DNA of 8,612 bases from a virus: IMG/VR virus record IMGVR_UViG_3300031418_000564, positions 1-8,612 of that record, one strand, 5' to 3'. The translations under genes were made by a program, and so were the position numbers. Every line of letters starts with the position of its first letter. Positions within the stretch are counted from its first letter, which is position 1. Positions 1 to 6,812 of this stretch are shown piece by piece. The notes under the pieces are model-generated. The model worked only from the letters and a program-made list of their open reading frames with translations. It did not search any database and was not told the origin of the DNA.

Positions 1-27
1 GGTTCGCATAATAACGTTATGCAAAAG
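1..27 (+). other. dif-like XerC/XerD recombination site A
   Basis: GGTTCGCATAA-TAACG-TTATGCAAAAG compared with E. coli dif GGTGCGCATAA-TGTATA-TTATGTTAAAT (recalled). The XerC arm matches 10/11 and the XerD arm 8/11. The spacer is only 5 nt. Confidence 0.6.
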
Positions 28-28
28 A

Positions 29-64
29 GCCGCCTGCGAGATTCTATTTTCGCAGGCGGCTTTT
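29..64 (+). terminator. Bidirectional rho-independent terminator (first copy)
   Basis: Perfect 11-bp GC-rich stem, 29-39 gccgcctgcga pairing with 50-60 tcgcaggcggc, with a 10-nt loop. TTTT follows at 61-64 and AAAAGA precedes at 23-28, which gives a T-run on the other strand. Confidence 0.75.
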
Positions 65-94
65 CTACATAACGTGTGGCACATTATGCGCACC
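62..94 (-). other. dif-like site B, inverted relative to site A, with a long spacer
   Basis: The minus strand reads GGTGCGCATAA-TGTGCCACACG-TTATGTAGAAA. The XerC arm is identical to E. coli dif (11/11). The first 3 nt of the spacer (TGT) equal the dif central region. The XerD-like arm matches 8/11 but sits 11 nt away. Confidence 0.6.
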
Positions 95-388
95 TAGATA
101 AGGATACGTGGAATCTGGGGTTTTGGCGCTGTCATTGTGCTGCTCGCGGATCTGCGGTTTTGCGATATGATTGTAATCGCAGTCCGTAAGTGATTATGCA
201 AAGCGGATTGTTATGCTGATGCCTCACCAGTTGAAACATAACAAAACGTCTGCGATGACACAGGCTGGATGAATTTTGTGGCAATGCGATGGCTCATAAC
301 CTTACTTGCCTCTTTCCACAGAAAGACTTCAGTTTCCTGAATTTGTTAGAGTTCAGGATCTCTTACGGCTGTATCAGTAGTCCAAATC

Positions 389-410
389 ATTGGTAAATCT
401 GTACCTCATA
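389..410 (+). repeat. 22-bp perfect direct repeat, copy 1 (attggtaaatctgtacctcata)
   Basis: Identical 22-mer at 492-513, 103 bp away, in ORF-free intergenic DNA. Confidence 0.9.
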
Positions 411-442
411 GCCTGATATCACGGCCTATCATCGACTATCGC

Positions 443-463
443 ACTCATTATAAATCAATGAGT
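443..463. promoter_or_regulatory. Inverted repeat ACTCATT-N7-AATGAGT, resembling the operator motif of the 6813-6901 region
   Basis: actcatt (443-449) and aatgagt (457-463) are reverse complements. They share the ACTCAT core with the four ACTCATG copies upstream of the regulator gene. The site lies between the two 22-bp repeats. Confidence 0.35.
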
Positions 464-491
464 TAATGCGGCTACTTGTCTACTTGAAGCA

Positions 492-513
492 ATTGGTAAA
501 TCTGTACCTCATA
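492..513 (+). repeat. 22-bp perfect direct repeat, copy 2
   Basis: Identical to 389-410. Confidence 0.9.
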
Positions 514-823
514 CCGTTTGAATCCTTTCTCTCGTAATTTATAACCTACTGTATTATTTGGTTTTATCTTCGCTGAAACGTTCTCTCGTCTTCGACCATT
601 AGATGCAGAAATCGCTGTAAGTCGAGTTAAAAGCAAAACCGCTTTGCAGTGGGCTGACGCAGTCCCGCATTCTATGACGATACGCCTCTTTTATCGGCGG
701 CCTGACGACTGAGTTATCTAAATGGACAATGTGCCGCCTCCCATGCCCTGATGGGCATAATCCGCAGCCAAGCCGGAGAAAAATGAAGGGATTTATCGCG
801 ATTATTAGAAGAGTAATAACAGC

Positions 824-865
824 GCCCTGAGAGTATCAGGCAGGGCTTACGCACCTACCTGATAC
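824..865 (-). other. Set of mutually exclusive stem-loops immediately downstream of gIV (candidate gIV terminator or packaging-signal region)
   Basis: Three alternative pairings: gccctg 824-829 with cagggc 841-846, cctga 826-830 with tcagg 836-840, and gtatcagg 833-840 with cctgatac 858-865. The position matches that of the Ff morphogenetic-signal hairpin just after gene IV. There is no clean T-run. Confidence 0.3.
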
Positions 866-868
866 CCT

Positions 869-2176
869 TCAGAGCTGCCGGATAACATGAGCGGTCAGCA
901 AAACGTACATAGTCCGATCACTACTGCTATCGGAATGGCTGCGGAAAAGCCAACCGATTAAAGGAATTTTACTGAGAAATGGCACGGAGCGATCGCTATC
1001 TGTCTTGTTTGAGTCAATAAGGCCACCGAGCAATAACGTCTGGCCATCCTTGATTTGAACCGTAGTCTGGATCTGACGTTGATTGGTAATGATATCGGAT
1101 GCACTTTCATTGTTACTGATGGAATCTGCTCGCGTATCGATGGAAAGTACTAACTGACCACCGGACATAACAACGGGTGTGACTTTAAGAGAAACGCCCA
1201 CATCGTGGCGCTCGATTGTCTGGAACGGGTTATTAACGTTGGCTGACTCACCGGTGACACGGCCAGTGATAAACGGCACGTTCTGTCCGACCGATATGTA
1301 CCCAGACTGACCAGACTGTGTGAGTATTTGTGGCGTTGAAATAACCCTCGCATGGCTGTCAGAACGGACTGCCTGTAGTGATAATGCAAGAATATTGCCG
1401 TCAAAAATGCCAAAAGCGCCTCCTGATGTAGACAGAGCTGAGCCTAAGGAAGAAGTATTAAAGCCCCCTGCTACCTTATGACCAGAAGCTGAACCAGCGG
1501 CAAATGAGAGATCCAGACCGTCTGCAAGAGTAGTATCAAACATAAGAGACTGGATCAGCACTTGGTCACGGGCCACATCGACAGAATGAATAAAATCACC
1601 CAACGCCGGCATTAAGACGTCAGGAGCAGAAACAATGATTGAGTTATTGCCTGGGTTATCAACTGCATTCCCGGTTCCATTCGCCTGAAGAAATACGGTT
1701 ACCAGTTGAAGAACATCAGTTGATCTAACGCTGCTCAGACGGAAACTGCGGACGGATAAAGCGATCGGTGCTGGTAATGCTTCTTGCGTGACAGTAGCCG
1801 AATAATCAGCGTCATCAGATGGTGATGATTCTTCATAATAAACAGGCTCTTGTGATGCGAGTCGTGATGTTGGAAGAGAAACAACGAAAGGATCGCCATT
1901 CATCAGGATAAAGCCATTTGCGTTAAGTACTGACTTAAAAAATGTATCAATATTGGCTTGGTTAACATCAGCATTAAAGACAGTAATAAACCCTTTAACG
2001 TTTGGATTAACAATAACTGCCCTGCCCGTTTTCTGTGAATACCACTGAACGAAAGAGCGTACTGGTGCATTATTTAAATTCAAAGGTTCAGCCAACACAT
2101 TGAATGTAAAAGCCAATAGAAAAGGAATGAATAAAAATCTTATGTATAAATATGATTTATTATTTAAAGTGTTCAT
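869..2176 (-). CDS. gIV: Secretin pIV (virion export channel), 435 aa
   Basis: Long stretches align with M13 pIV as recalled: SVGQNVPFITGRVTGESANVNNPFQTIER, DGQTLLLGGL and the secretin C-motif VPFLSKIPLIGWLF. I place the start at ATG 2176, 1 nt after the gI stop (TAAAATG). This gives the signal peptide MNTLNNKSYLYIRFLFIPFLLAFTFNVLA/EP. The 25 extra codons in the ORF track overlap gI and are unlikely to be translated. Confidence 0.95.
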   Translation of the reverse strand: MNTLNNKSYLYIRFLFIPFLLAFTFNVLAEPLNLNNAPVRSFVQWYSQKTGRAVIVNPNVKGFITVFNADVNQANIDTFFKSVLNANGFILMNGDPFVVSLPTSRLASQEPVYYEESSPSDDADYSATVTQEALPAPIALSVRSFRLSSVRSTDVLQLVTVFLQANGTGNAVDNPGNNSIIVSAPDVLMPALGDFIHSVDVARDQVLIQSLMFDTTLADGLDLSFAAGSASGHKVAGGFNTSSLGSALSTSGGAFGIFDGNILALSLQAVRSDSHARVISTPQILTQSGQSGYISVGQNVPFITGRVTGESANVNNPFQTIERHDVGVSLKVTPVVMSGGQLVLSIDTRADSISNNESASDIITNQRQIQTTVQIKDGQTLLLGGLIDSNKTDSDRSVPFLSKIPLIGWLFRSHSDSSSDRTMYVLLTAHVIRQL

Positions 2177-2177
2177 T

Positions 2178-2552
2178 TTAACCTTCACAAGTGATTTTCT
2201 GTATATATTTGTCTTTTCGGATAGTAACGTGACAGGCATCTTTAATATCAATGCTATAACCGTCTTTAATGAAATCGAAAGAATAATATTGCGTTCCTTT
2301 GATATCTTTGAATATTACAGAGACATCATAGCCCATTTGAGAAAATGAACTAATAGATAATCTAGGTAAAAAGACGGTCGCTTGGTCTGTTTTATTAAAA
2401 CTCTCATTTTTTAATGTTTCACTCAACGCATTAATTTCAAGATCATTCTTTCCAGACTTGTATAAAATACCCATAGCGGCACCCAATGCAAGGAATGAAG
2501 CCATTATCCAGATGCGATTCATACGTTTAAAGTATATCTTAGTTATACGCAT
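2178..2552 (-). CDS. gXI: Possible pXI, an in-frame internal-start product of gI (124 aa)
   Basis: Internal Met241 (ATG 2552-2550) starts MRITKIYFKRMNRIW. This aligns with the M13 pXI start MKLTKIYLKKFSRVL, just before the TM helix. The call is by analogy only. Confidence 0.45.
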   Translation of the reverse strand: MRITKIYFKRMNRIWIMASFLALGAAMGILYKSGKNDLEINALSETLKNESFNKTDQATVFLPRLSISSFSQMGYDVSVIFKDIKGTQYYSFDFIKDGYSIDIKDACHVTIRKDKYIQKITCEG

Positions 2553-3272
2553 ATAATATTTCATATCTCGTTCAATAGAAAATTGGCCATGTGTGAAAAA
2601 AGGCGGGATTAAACAAAATGTGCCCCGCTCATAATTAGCCGAAAAAACCTGTTTTGTATCATAAGCCGGATATAAATCTTTACCTGTGTACACCCATTTA
2701 TCTACAGTCAGCGCTTGGGGGTTATCACCATATTTCACAATGCCAAAGTGGACTTTAGGTAACGGAACGCGAGAGTTAGCAAAAAGAGAAACCAACCCGC
2801 CAATAATAGGAATGTTTAATTTATCCATTCGACGACAATAAACAACATGCTCAGCCAAAGCCTCCCTCGCCTGCTTATCCATAAGAGAAATATCCTGAAT
2901 AATAAAAATAATATCCCAGCCAAGTTTTCGAGCGTGTAAGCACCAGTCAATCACTGGCTGTCTGCTTTTATCACTCCAGCTACGAGAATTAAACCAAGTT
3001 CCACATTCATCGAGCACAAGCAAACCATTATCGGCTTCATTATAAGATAATGTCCCACGGCCGATAGATTCAAAATCATCTAGTGTTGGCTTATCGGGGA
3101 TCCTTATTACACGAGTTCTTTTCGCATAACGACCAACCCGCGGCATATGGTGTAATTTTAGATTTAAGTTAGTTGCAACTATTCTACCTCGGGCTAAATA
3201 ATCCTGAATACGGCCTATCGTAACGAGGGTTTTTCCTGAACCTAACTTACCTGTGACAACATGCACTGCCAT
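2178..3272 (-). CDS. gI: Assembly ATPase pI (Zot-like), 364 aa
   Basis: The N-terminus MAVHVVTGKLGSGKTL carries a Walker A motif. LLVLDECGTWFNSRSW, HARKLGWDIIFI and AEHVVYCRR are near-identical to M13 pI as recalled. There is one TM segment (WIMASFLALGAAMGILY). Confidence 0.95.
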   Translation of the reverse strand: MAVHVVTGKLGSGKTLVTIGRIQDYLARGRIVATNLNLKLHHMPRVGRYAKRTRVIRIPDKPTLDDFESIGRGTLSYNEADNGLLVLDECGTWFNSRSWSDKSRQPVIDWCLHARKLGWDIIFIIQDISLMDKQAREALAEHVVYCRRMDKLNIPIIGGLVSLFANSRVPLPKVHFGIVKYGDNPQALTVDKWVYTGKDLYPAYDTKQVFSANYERGTFCLIPPFFTHGQFSIERDMKYYMRITKIYFKRMNRIWIMASFLALGAAMGILYKSGKNDLEINALSETLKNESFNKTDQATVFLPRLSISSFSQMGYDVSVIFKDIKGTQYYSFDFIKDGYSIDIKDACHVTIRKDKYIQKITCEG

Positions 3273-3273
3273 A

Positions 3274-3615
3274 TTAAAGCACCTTATTAGCCATGCCTAA
3301 TAAGCGATCTTTTATATCAAAGACCAATACAGCAATACGCATAGACATAATAACGGTGACGCATTGTGTTGTACCATCAGGCAGAACAGATGACATTAAA
3401 TTACCGAAATCAGTTGGCATATATCCATATACAACTTCCGACAACCATTGTAAGCCAAGTAAAAGCACGCCCATAATAGCAGCAACAAGAGCCGCAGCAA
3501 TCAGGCCAGTTCGTGTGGCGAGCTTTGTTAATAAACTAGCGAAGTACCCAACGGCAAGCGGAATTAATCCAACTAGAAAGCGCAATAGCGCAGGAATACC
3601 AAGAAGGAACGGCAT
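3274..3615 (-). CDS. gVI: Minor capsid protein pVI, 113 aa
   Basis: [14 protein letters not shown] matches the M13 pVI start MPVLLGIPLLLRFL. The protein is hydrophobic and the size is right (112 aa in M13). Its ATG overlaps the gIII stop (TAATG). Confidence 0.9.
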   Translation of the reverse strand: MPFLLGIPALLRFLVGLIPLAVGYFASLLTKLATRTGLIAAALVAAIMGVLLLGLQWLSEVVYGYMPTDFGNLMSSVLPDGTTQCVTVIMSMRIAVLVFDIKDRLLGMANKVL

Positions 3616-4835
3616 TATTCATCACCTTTTCGAAGAAGAGAGGTAATCGAAGTAAATACATACCAAAATGTTAGGCAGTACATTACCCATGAAAGCATTG
3701 ACTTAATATCACTTAATTTATCGCAACCTATTTCAAGTTGATAAACGGTCCCGGAAAACATAATGAAGTCCGTACATCCCTTACCTGTTGGAATATTCGG
3801 ACGTAATGCCCCATTATTTAAAAATGCTTCCCAAGAAGCACCATGAGAGTCTTTGTCTATGCCAAGCTGGCTTTTAGCAAGAGAAGTAGCAAGGTCCATT
3901 TCAGAACGACCTTCACCATAACGGGCATTAGAATTATCAGGGTCGGCAAATTTTCCAGCTCCTCGAACGCCGTCATTTAGCGCCTTTTCAATCGAGGTTA
4001 AGTTAGCCTGAGTTTTCTCTTCTGCTGCTTTTTGATCTTTAGTAAAAGTATTTTCTTCCGTCAAAGAGTCTTTGATTTCAGAGGCTACAGTTGATGCCGC
4101 AGACTTAACGCCAGTCTGTACAGCGGCGGCTATATCATCTTTAGAAATGGATGAGCCAGAACTACCACCGGATGAACCTCCGCCTGATGAGCCAGAGTCG
4201 CCACCGGGACCACCGCCAGAAGAGTCATCGGATACGGGGCGCGATTGCGTCTCGCCAGAATCAGGCACATAGCCAGTAGGTTTCCAGCTAGCGGCACAAA
4301 CAGTCTTGTCGTTGCGGCAAACAATGACGCCAGTCGCTTCATACTCACAGCCATTATAATTAATATAACCGTCAGAGACGTTATTGAAGGTATTATCAAT
4401 AATTGGTTTGGCGGCACAGACCTCTTCTGGTGTTTTTTCTTCAGAGGGATCATTTTTATCAGGGATAGAACGATCTACCGAAAAAGTTATAGTCGCTGAT
4501 GTAGTATATATATCATCCTGTTTTCCAAGGTTATTTTTGATTGCACAATCATCTTGGAAAGCCAAACGCCACTGTGAGTCAGGCCATACGGATTTATAAG
4601 TAGGCAGGACGCTATCATAAATATTTTTTGCATTATCCTTTGCCGATGGGCAAAGCTGACTAAGCTTGGTCGGTGATATTTGCCAATAGGTAACAGTTTT
4701 ACCATTAACCATTTCTTGAAAAGAATCTGACGCATCAGATGCGCTGGCAGTCCCCGTATAAACGCTTTCCCATTTATCCGCAAAAGAAAAATGAGAAAGC
4801 ATAAATAATGCAGGAACGAATATTTTATATTTCAT
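3615..4835 (-). CDS. gIII: Adsorption/minor capsid protein pIII, 406 aa
   Basis: Signal peptide [19 protein letters not shown]. Cys-rich N-terminal region. One Gly/Ser linker (residues 203-229, nt 4149-4229). The C-terminal domain and anchor ...[17 protein letters not shown] resemble the IKe/Ff pIII C-terminus. The gene sits after gVIII and its terminator. Confidence 0.9.
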   Translation of the reverse strand: MKYKIFVPALFMLSHFSFADKWESVYTGTASASDASDSFQEMVNGKTVTYWQISPTKLSQLCPSAKDNAKNIYDSVLPTYKSVWPDSQWRLAFQDDCAIKNNLGKQDDIYTTSATITFSVDRSIPDKNDPSEEKTPEEVCAAKPIIDNTFNNVSDGYINYNGCEYEATGVIVCRNDKTVCAASWKPTGYVPDSGETQSRPVSDDSSGGGPGGDSGSSGGGSSGGSSGSSISKDDIAAAVQTGVKSAASTVASEIKDSLTEENTFTKDQKAAEEKTQANLTSIEKALNDGVRGAGKFADPDNSNARYGEGRSEMDLATSLAKSQLGIDKDSHGASWEAFLNNGALRPNIPTGKGCTDFIMFSGTVYQLEIGCDKLSDIKSMLSWVMYCLTFWYVFTSITSLLRKGDE

Positions 4836-4852
4836 AATACCCCGAGCTGGGC

Positions 4853-4876
4853 AAAAAAAAGGGCGCGAAAGCGCCC
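4853..4876 (-). terminator. Rho-independent terminator downstream of gVIII
   Basis: The minus strand reads GGGCGC-TTTC-GCGCCC followed by TTTTTTTT (plus-strand A-run at 4853-4860). The Ff terminator after gene VIII occupies the same position. Confidence 0.85.
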
Positions 4877-4892
4877 TATTACTACAGTGTAA

Positions 4893-5141
4893 TTAGACTG
4901 CTTTAGAAGAAAACTTCTTAAACAAACGAATTGCCAGACCCGCACCTACAACAACAGTAACTACAGGCCACGTCTGCGCAATTAAATCCGTTGCCTGAGT
5001 TTTAAGGGAGTTCATGGCTTCTGTAGCATAATTGGTAGCCGTGTCTCCATCAGCGGCAAATGCGCCCGCAGAAACCAATAAAGATGCTGCACCCAGAGCA
5101 ATTTTATTTTTAGCATTTAAAATAGAAGAAAGAACACGCAT
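4893..5141 (-). CDS. gVIII: Major coat protein pVIII precursor, 82 aa (29-aa leader plus 53-aa mature)
   Basis: The mature part ADGDTATNYATEAMNSLKTQATDLIAQTWPVVTVVVGAGLAIRLFKKFSSKAV is very close to the IKe coat protein as I recall it (AEPNAATNYATEAMDSLKTQAIDLISQTWPVVTTVVVAGLVIRLFKKFSSKAV). It has an acidic N-terminus, a hydrophobic core and a basic C-terminus. Confidence 0.97.
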   Translation of the reverse strand: MRVLSSILNAKNKIALGAASLLVSAGAFAADGDTATNYATEAMNSLKTQATDLIAQTWPVVTVVVGAGLAIRLFKKFSSKAV

Positions 5142-5151
5142 TGTATTTACC

Positions 5152-5253
5152 TTATATCATACGTTCAGAAATTGACTTAAAGAAAGCAATTCCATAAAAA
5201 AGGGCAAAGCCCAAGAAATATGCCCCGAGGAATAAACCTACATAATTAATCAT
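5152..5253 (-). CDS. gIX: Minor capsid protein pIX analogue, 33 aa
   Basis: Not in the ORF track; hand-translated as MINYVGLFLGAYFLGFALFYGIAFFKSISERMI. It is a small hydrophobic protein. Its ATG overlaps the stop of the preceding small ORF (ATGA), as for gVII/gIX in Ff. It ends 8 nt (5142-5151) before the gVIII start. Confidence 0.6.
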   Translation of the reverse strand: MINYVGLFLGAYFLGFALFYGIAFFKSISERMI

Positions 5254-5339
5254 CGAAGCACTCCAGCAGTAACAGCACCAAGACCAAAAGATATAACAAG
5301 GCCAAGTGCTATTACGACATGAATTAATTCATCAGTCAT
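5250..5339 (-). CDS. gVII: Minor capsid protein pVII analogue, 29 aa
   Basis: Not in the ORF track; hand-translated as MTDELIHVVIALGLVISFGLGAVTAGVLR. It starts 4 nt after the gV stop. It is hydrophobic and ends like M13 pVII (...GIIAGGQR). Confidence 0.6.
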   Translation of the reverse strand: MTDELIHVVIALGLVISFGLGAVTAGVLR

Positions 5340-5343
5340 TAAC

Positions 5344-5613
5344 TTAGGCTTTAATTGATTCTAAAAGAATACGTCCAACTGAGAGATTTCCGTAGCGATT
5401 AACCTCAAAAGAACTAAGATGAAGTCGATATTTCCCTACACTATAAGGCGGTTGACCATCTTGAAGGTTTAGCTTGAACAACTGGGGATAAGCACCGCCA
5501 AGATAGGCATAAGCACTCTGTTCACGGATGGTATAGGGCTTCCCTGTGCGTTGCGATACGCCGGATCTCTCTTCGAAGTTGACCTGAGACTCATGAATTT
5601 CTATTGTGATCAT
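5344..5613 (-). CDS. gV: ssDNA-binding protein pV, 89 aa
   Basis: Aligns along its whole length with M13 gVp as recalled. Shared motifs: RSGVS, GKPY, EQ, YP, GQP.Y..G.Y..HLSSF.V...G.L. Confidence 0.95.
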   Translation of the reverse strand: MITIEIHESQVNFEERSGVSQRTGKPYTIREQSAYAYLGGAYPQLFKLNLQDGQPPYSVGKYRLHLSSFEVNRYGNLSVGRILLESIKA

Positions 5614-5626
5614 AATTATTACCTAA

Positions 5627-5926
5627 TTAAGCGACTTTTAAATGAGATGGTTTTATATACCATGTTGGGATAACGCAATCTTTTACCTTTATCTCTCTAA
5701 TATCTTTGACAATAACAGGTGAGAACTTAGAAACATTACAGCGCTGAGCAATGTCGATACCTATCTTCCGTAACCTAGCGCGATGCACCCTGACCTGATT
5801 TTTTGAAAGGTCAAAGTTATGGCCATGAAACCACTGAATCGCGTACATGGCTGTGGTATTGGCCGCACGAGTGGTTTCGACAATACTACGAGATAACAAA
5901 TGTTCGCTGATAGTTTCAAAGTCCAT
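5627..5926 (-). CDS. gX: Possible pX, an in-frame internal-start product of gII (99 aa)
   Basis: Internal Met273 (ATG 5926-5924) is preceded by GGTGA 5 nt upstream. The size and position match Ff pX (C-terminal ~110 aa of pII). The call is by analogy only. Confidence 0.4.
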   Translation of the reverse strand: MDFETISEHLLSRSIVETTRAANTTAMYAIQWFHGHNFDLSKNQVRVHRARLRKIGIDIAQRCNVSKFSPVIVKDIREIKVKDCVIPTWYIKPSHLKVA

Positions 5927-6742
5927 AGCATTCACCGATAGTTTTTCATCAAGCTCTAAAAAAGAATTATGTAATTCATTGAGTACTGAGTAATCTGAAA
6001 GGCCCCAAAATAATAGATTCTGTTTCTGCAAATATCGTGATTTTAGTTTTTGTTCAAAACGGACTATGCCATTTTCGCAGCAATGAGTAATGATGTTATT
6101 AACATAAATAAACTCTTTTGATTCTGTACCAAATTTGTTCTTTATTTTCTGCAATGAGTGAAGCTCAATTTCATTCGCTTTGTTATAAACCGTTGGATAA
6201 ATCAGACTTACATTGCCCTTTTTTGATAACCAGTCTACCGATTTACCGTTGCTGTGTAATCGTGGGACGCTATTCCTATAAGGCTGAGTTGATAACCCTG
6301 AGATATATTCATCTTCATTGCCCTTCCCTACGGACTTGTTCGAGGTTATATGCAATTCACGGATATAAGCACCATCAGATAACAACGTTGCTTTTTCGCC
6401 TTCCTTGGCTTGGCTGAAAAATATCTTTGTGCATTTTGTAAATTGTGGAAGCCCAAGTTCAGACAATATCTGATTAAAAACGGCGACACATGAATCTACG
6501 GTAGGAAGCCCAAAAAGATTGTCTAACCTTCCCCACTTTGAGGGATTACCTGACATTTTTAACGACGACCCACGGATCGAAATTGACACTACATCGCAAA
6601 AGGATCCTTTATGTTGAAATGTTGGCTGGGAGAGTGCACTCGCCTCTCCACTTTCAAGGTGAATACGTTGATAGGCAACATCGCTCAGTATGGGTAACTG
6701 ATAGCCAAAATCTTGTTCAATCGCCAACCAGTCAAAAAACAC
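5627..6742 (-). CDS. gII: Replication initiation (nicking-closing) protein pII, 371 aa, GTG start
   Basis: GIVRFEQKLKSRYLQ compares with M13 pII GLVRFEARIKTRYLK, and the C-terminus PTWYIKPSHLKVA with PDWYNEPVLKIA. The gene sits directly upstream of gV. An AAGGTG Shine-Dalgarno lies 8 nt before the GTG. The N-terminal third is more divergent. Confidence 0.85.
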   Translation of the reverse strand: MFFDWLAIEQDFGYQLPILSDVAYQRIHLESGEASALSQPTFQHKGSFCDVVSISIRGSSLKMSGNPSKWGRLDNLFGLPTVDSCVAVFNQILSELGLPQFTKCTKIFFSQAKEGEKATLLSDGAYIRELHITSNKSVGKGNEDEYISGLSTQPYRNSVPRLHSNGKSVDWLSKKGNVSLIYPTVYNKANEIELHSLQKIKNKFGTESKEFIYVNNIITHCCENGIVRFEQKLKSRYLQKQNLLFWGLSDYSVLNELHNSFLELDEKLSVNAMDFETISEHLLSRSIVETTRAANTTAMYAIQWFHGHNFDLSKNQVRVHRARLRKIGIDIAQRCNVSKFSPVIVKDIREIKVKDCVIPTWYIKPSHLKVA

Positions 6743-6762
6743 GTGAATGCACCTTACTTCAA

Positions 6763-6791
6763 ATCGTAGGTAAACCCTTCTCGCATGACAA
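6763..6791 (-). promoter_or_regulatory. Candidate sigma70 promoter for gII
   Basis: The minus strand reads TTGTCA (6791-6786), a 17-nt spacer, then TACGAT (6768-6763), just upstream of the gII Shine-Dalgarno and GTG. Confidence 0.4.
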
Positions 6792-6812
6792 AACCGTAAT
6801 ACATGACGAGGG

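Larger units (their letters stand above)
1..125 (+). repeat. Left copy of a 125-bp perfect direct repeat, truncated by the window edge
   Basis: Base-for-base identical to 8488-8612 on reading. The repeat starts at the window start and its partner ends at the window end, so its true extent cannot be determined. Confidence 0.95.

Noticed and set aside
1-125. Terminal repeats read as LTR/IS-type ends or as a classical integrase att duplication
   Set aside because: The repeats are direct and truncated by the window edges. No integrase or transposase is encoded. The content (dif-like sites plus a terminator) fits Xer-dependent filamentous phage biology instead.
801-815. The minus strand reads CTCTTCTAATAATCG, vaguely like the Ff plus-strand origin nick region GTTCTTTAATAGTGG
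   Set aside because: Only about 9/15 matches to a sequence recalled from memory. It lacks the adjacent gpII-binding repeats and its position relative to gIV is unexpected. The evidence is too weak to call an origin.
100-868. Small ORFs (up to 35 aa) on both strands of the intergenic region, e.g. 289-396 plus strand and 239-132 minus strand
   Set aside because: They have no Shine-Dalgarno sequences and no recognisable peptide features. The lengths are expected by chance, and the equivalent Ff region is non-coding.
1150-1413. 87-aa ORF in another frame inside gIV
   Set aside because: It lies entirely within the strongly conserved secretin coding region. The sequence is Arg/Ser/Leu-rich nonsense with no independent signals.
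2177-2251. 25-codon N-terminal extension of the pIV ORF in the ORF track (MILKMPVTLLSEKTNIYRKSLVKVK...)
   Set aside because: It overlaps the 3' end of gI. ATG 2176 lies 1 nt after the gI stop and yields a proper signal peptide that aligns with the Ff/IKe pIV start.
2100-2348. 82-aa plus-strand ORF across the gI/gIV junction
   Set aside because: It is antisense to two well-supported genes in AT-rich DNA, with low-complexity Phe/Ile/Asn composition. This is a typical spurious ORF.
3293-3646. 117-aa plus-strand ORF
   Set aside because: It is antisense to gVI and the end of gIII. It has no Shine-Dalgarno, and gVI homology explains the region.
4149-4229. Repetitive GGN/AGY-rich DNA that looks like a short tandem repeat
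   Set aside because: It encodes the Gly/Ser flexible linker of pIII. It is not a CRISPR array or a non-coding satellite.
4072-4783. Five overlapping ORFs (66-107 aa) on both strands inside gIII, including a Pro/Glu-rich one opposite the Gly/Ser linker
   Set aside because: All lie inside the gIII reading frame. The Pro-rich peptide is simply the antisense reading of GGN/AGY codons.
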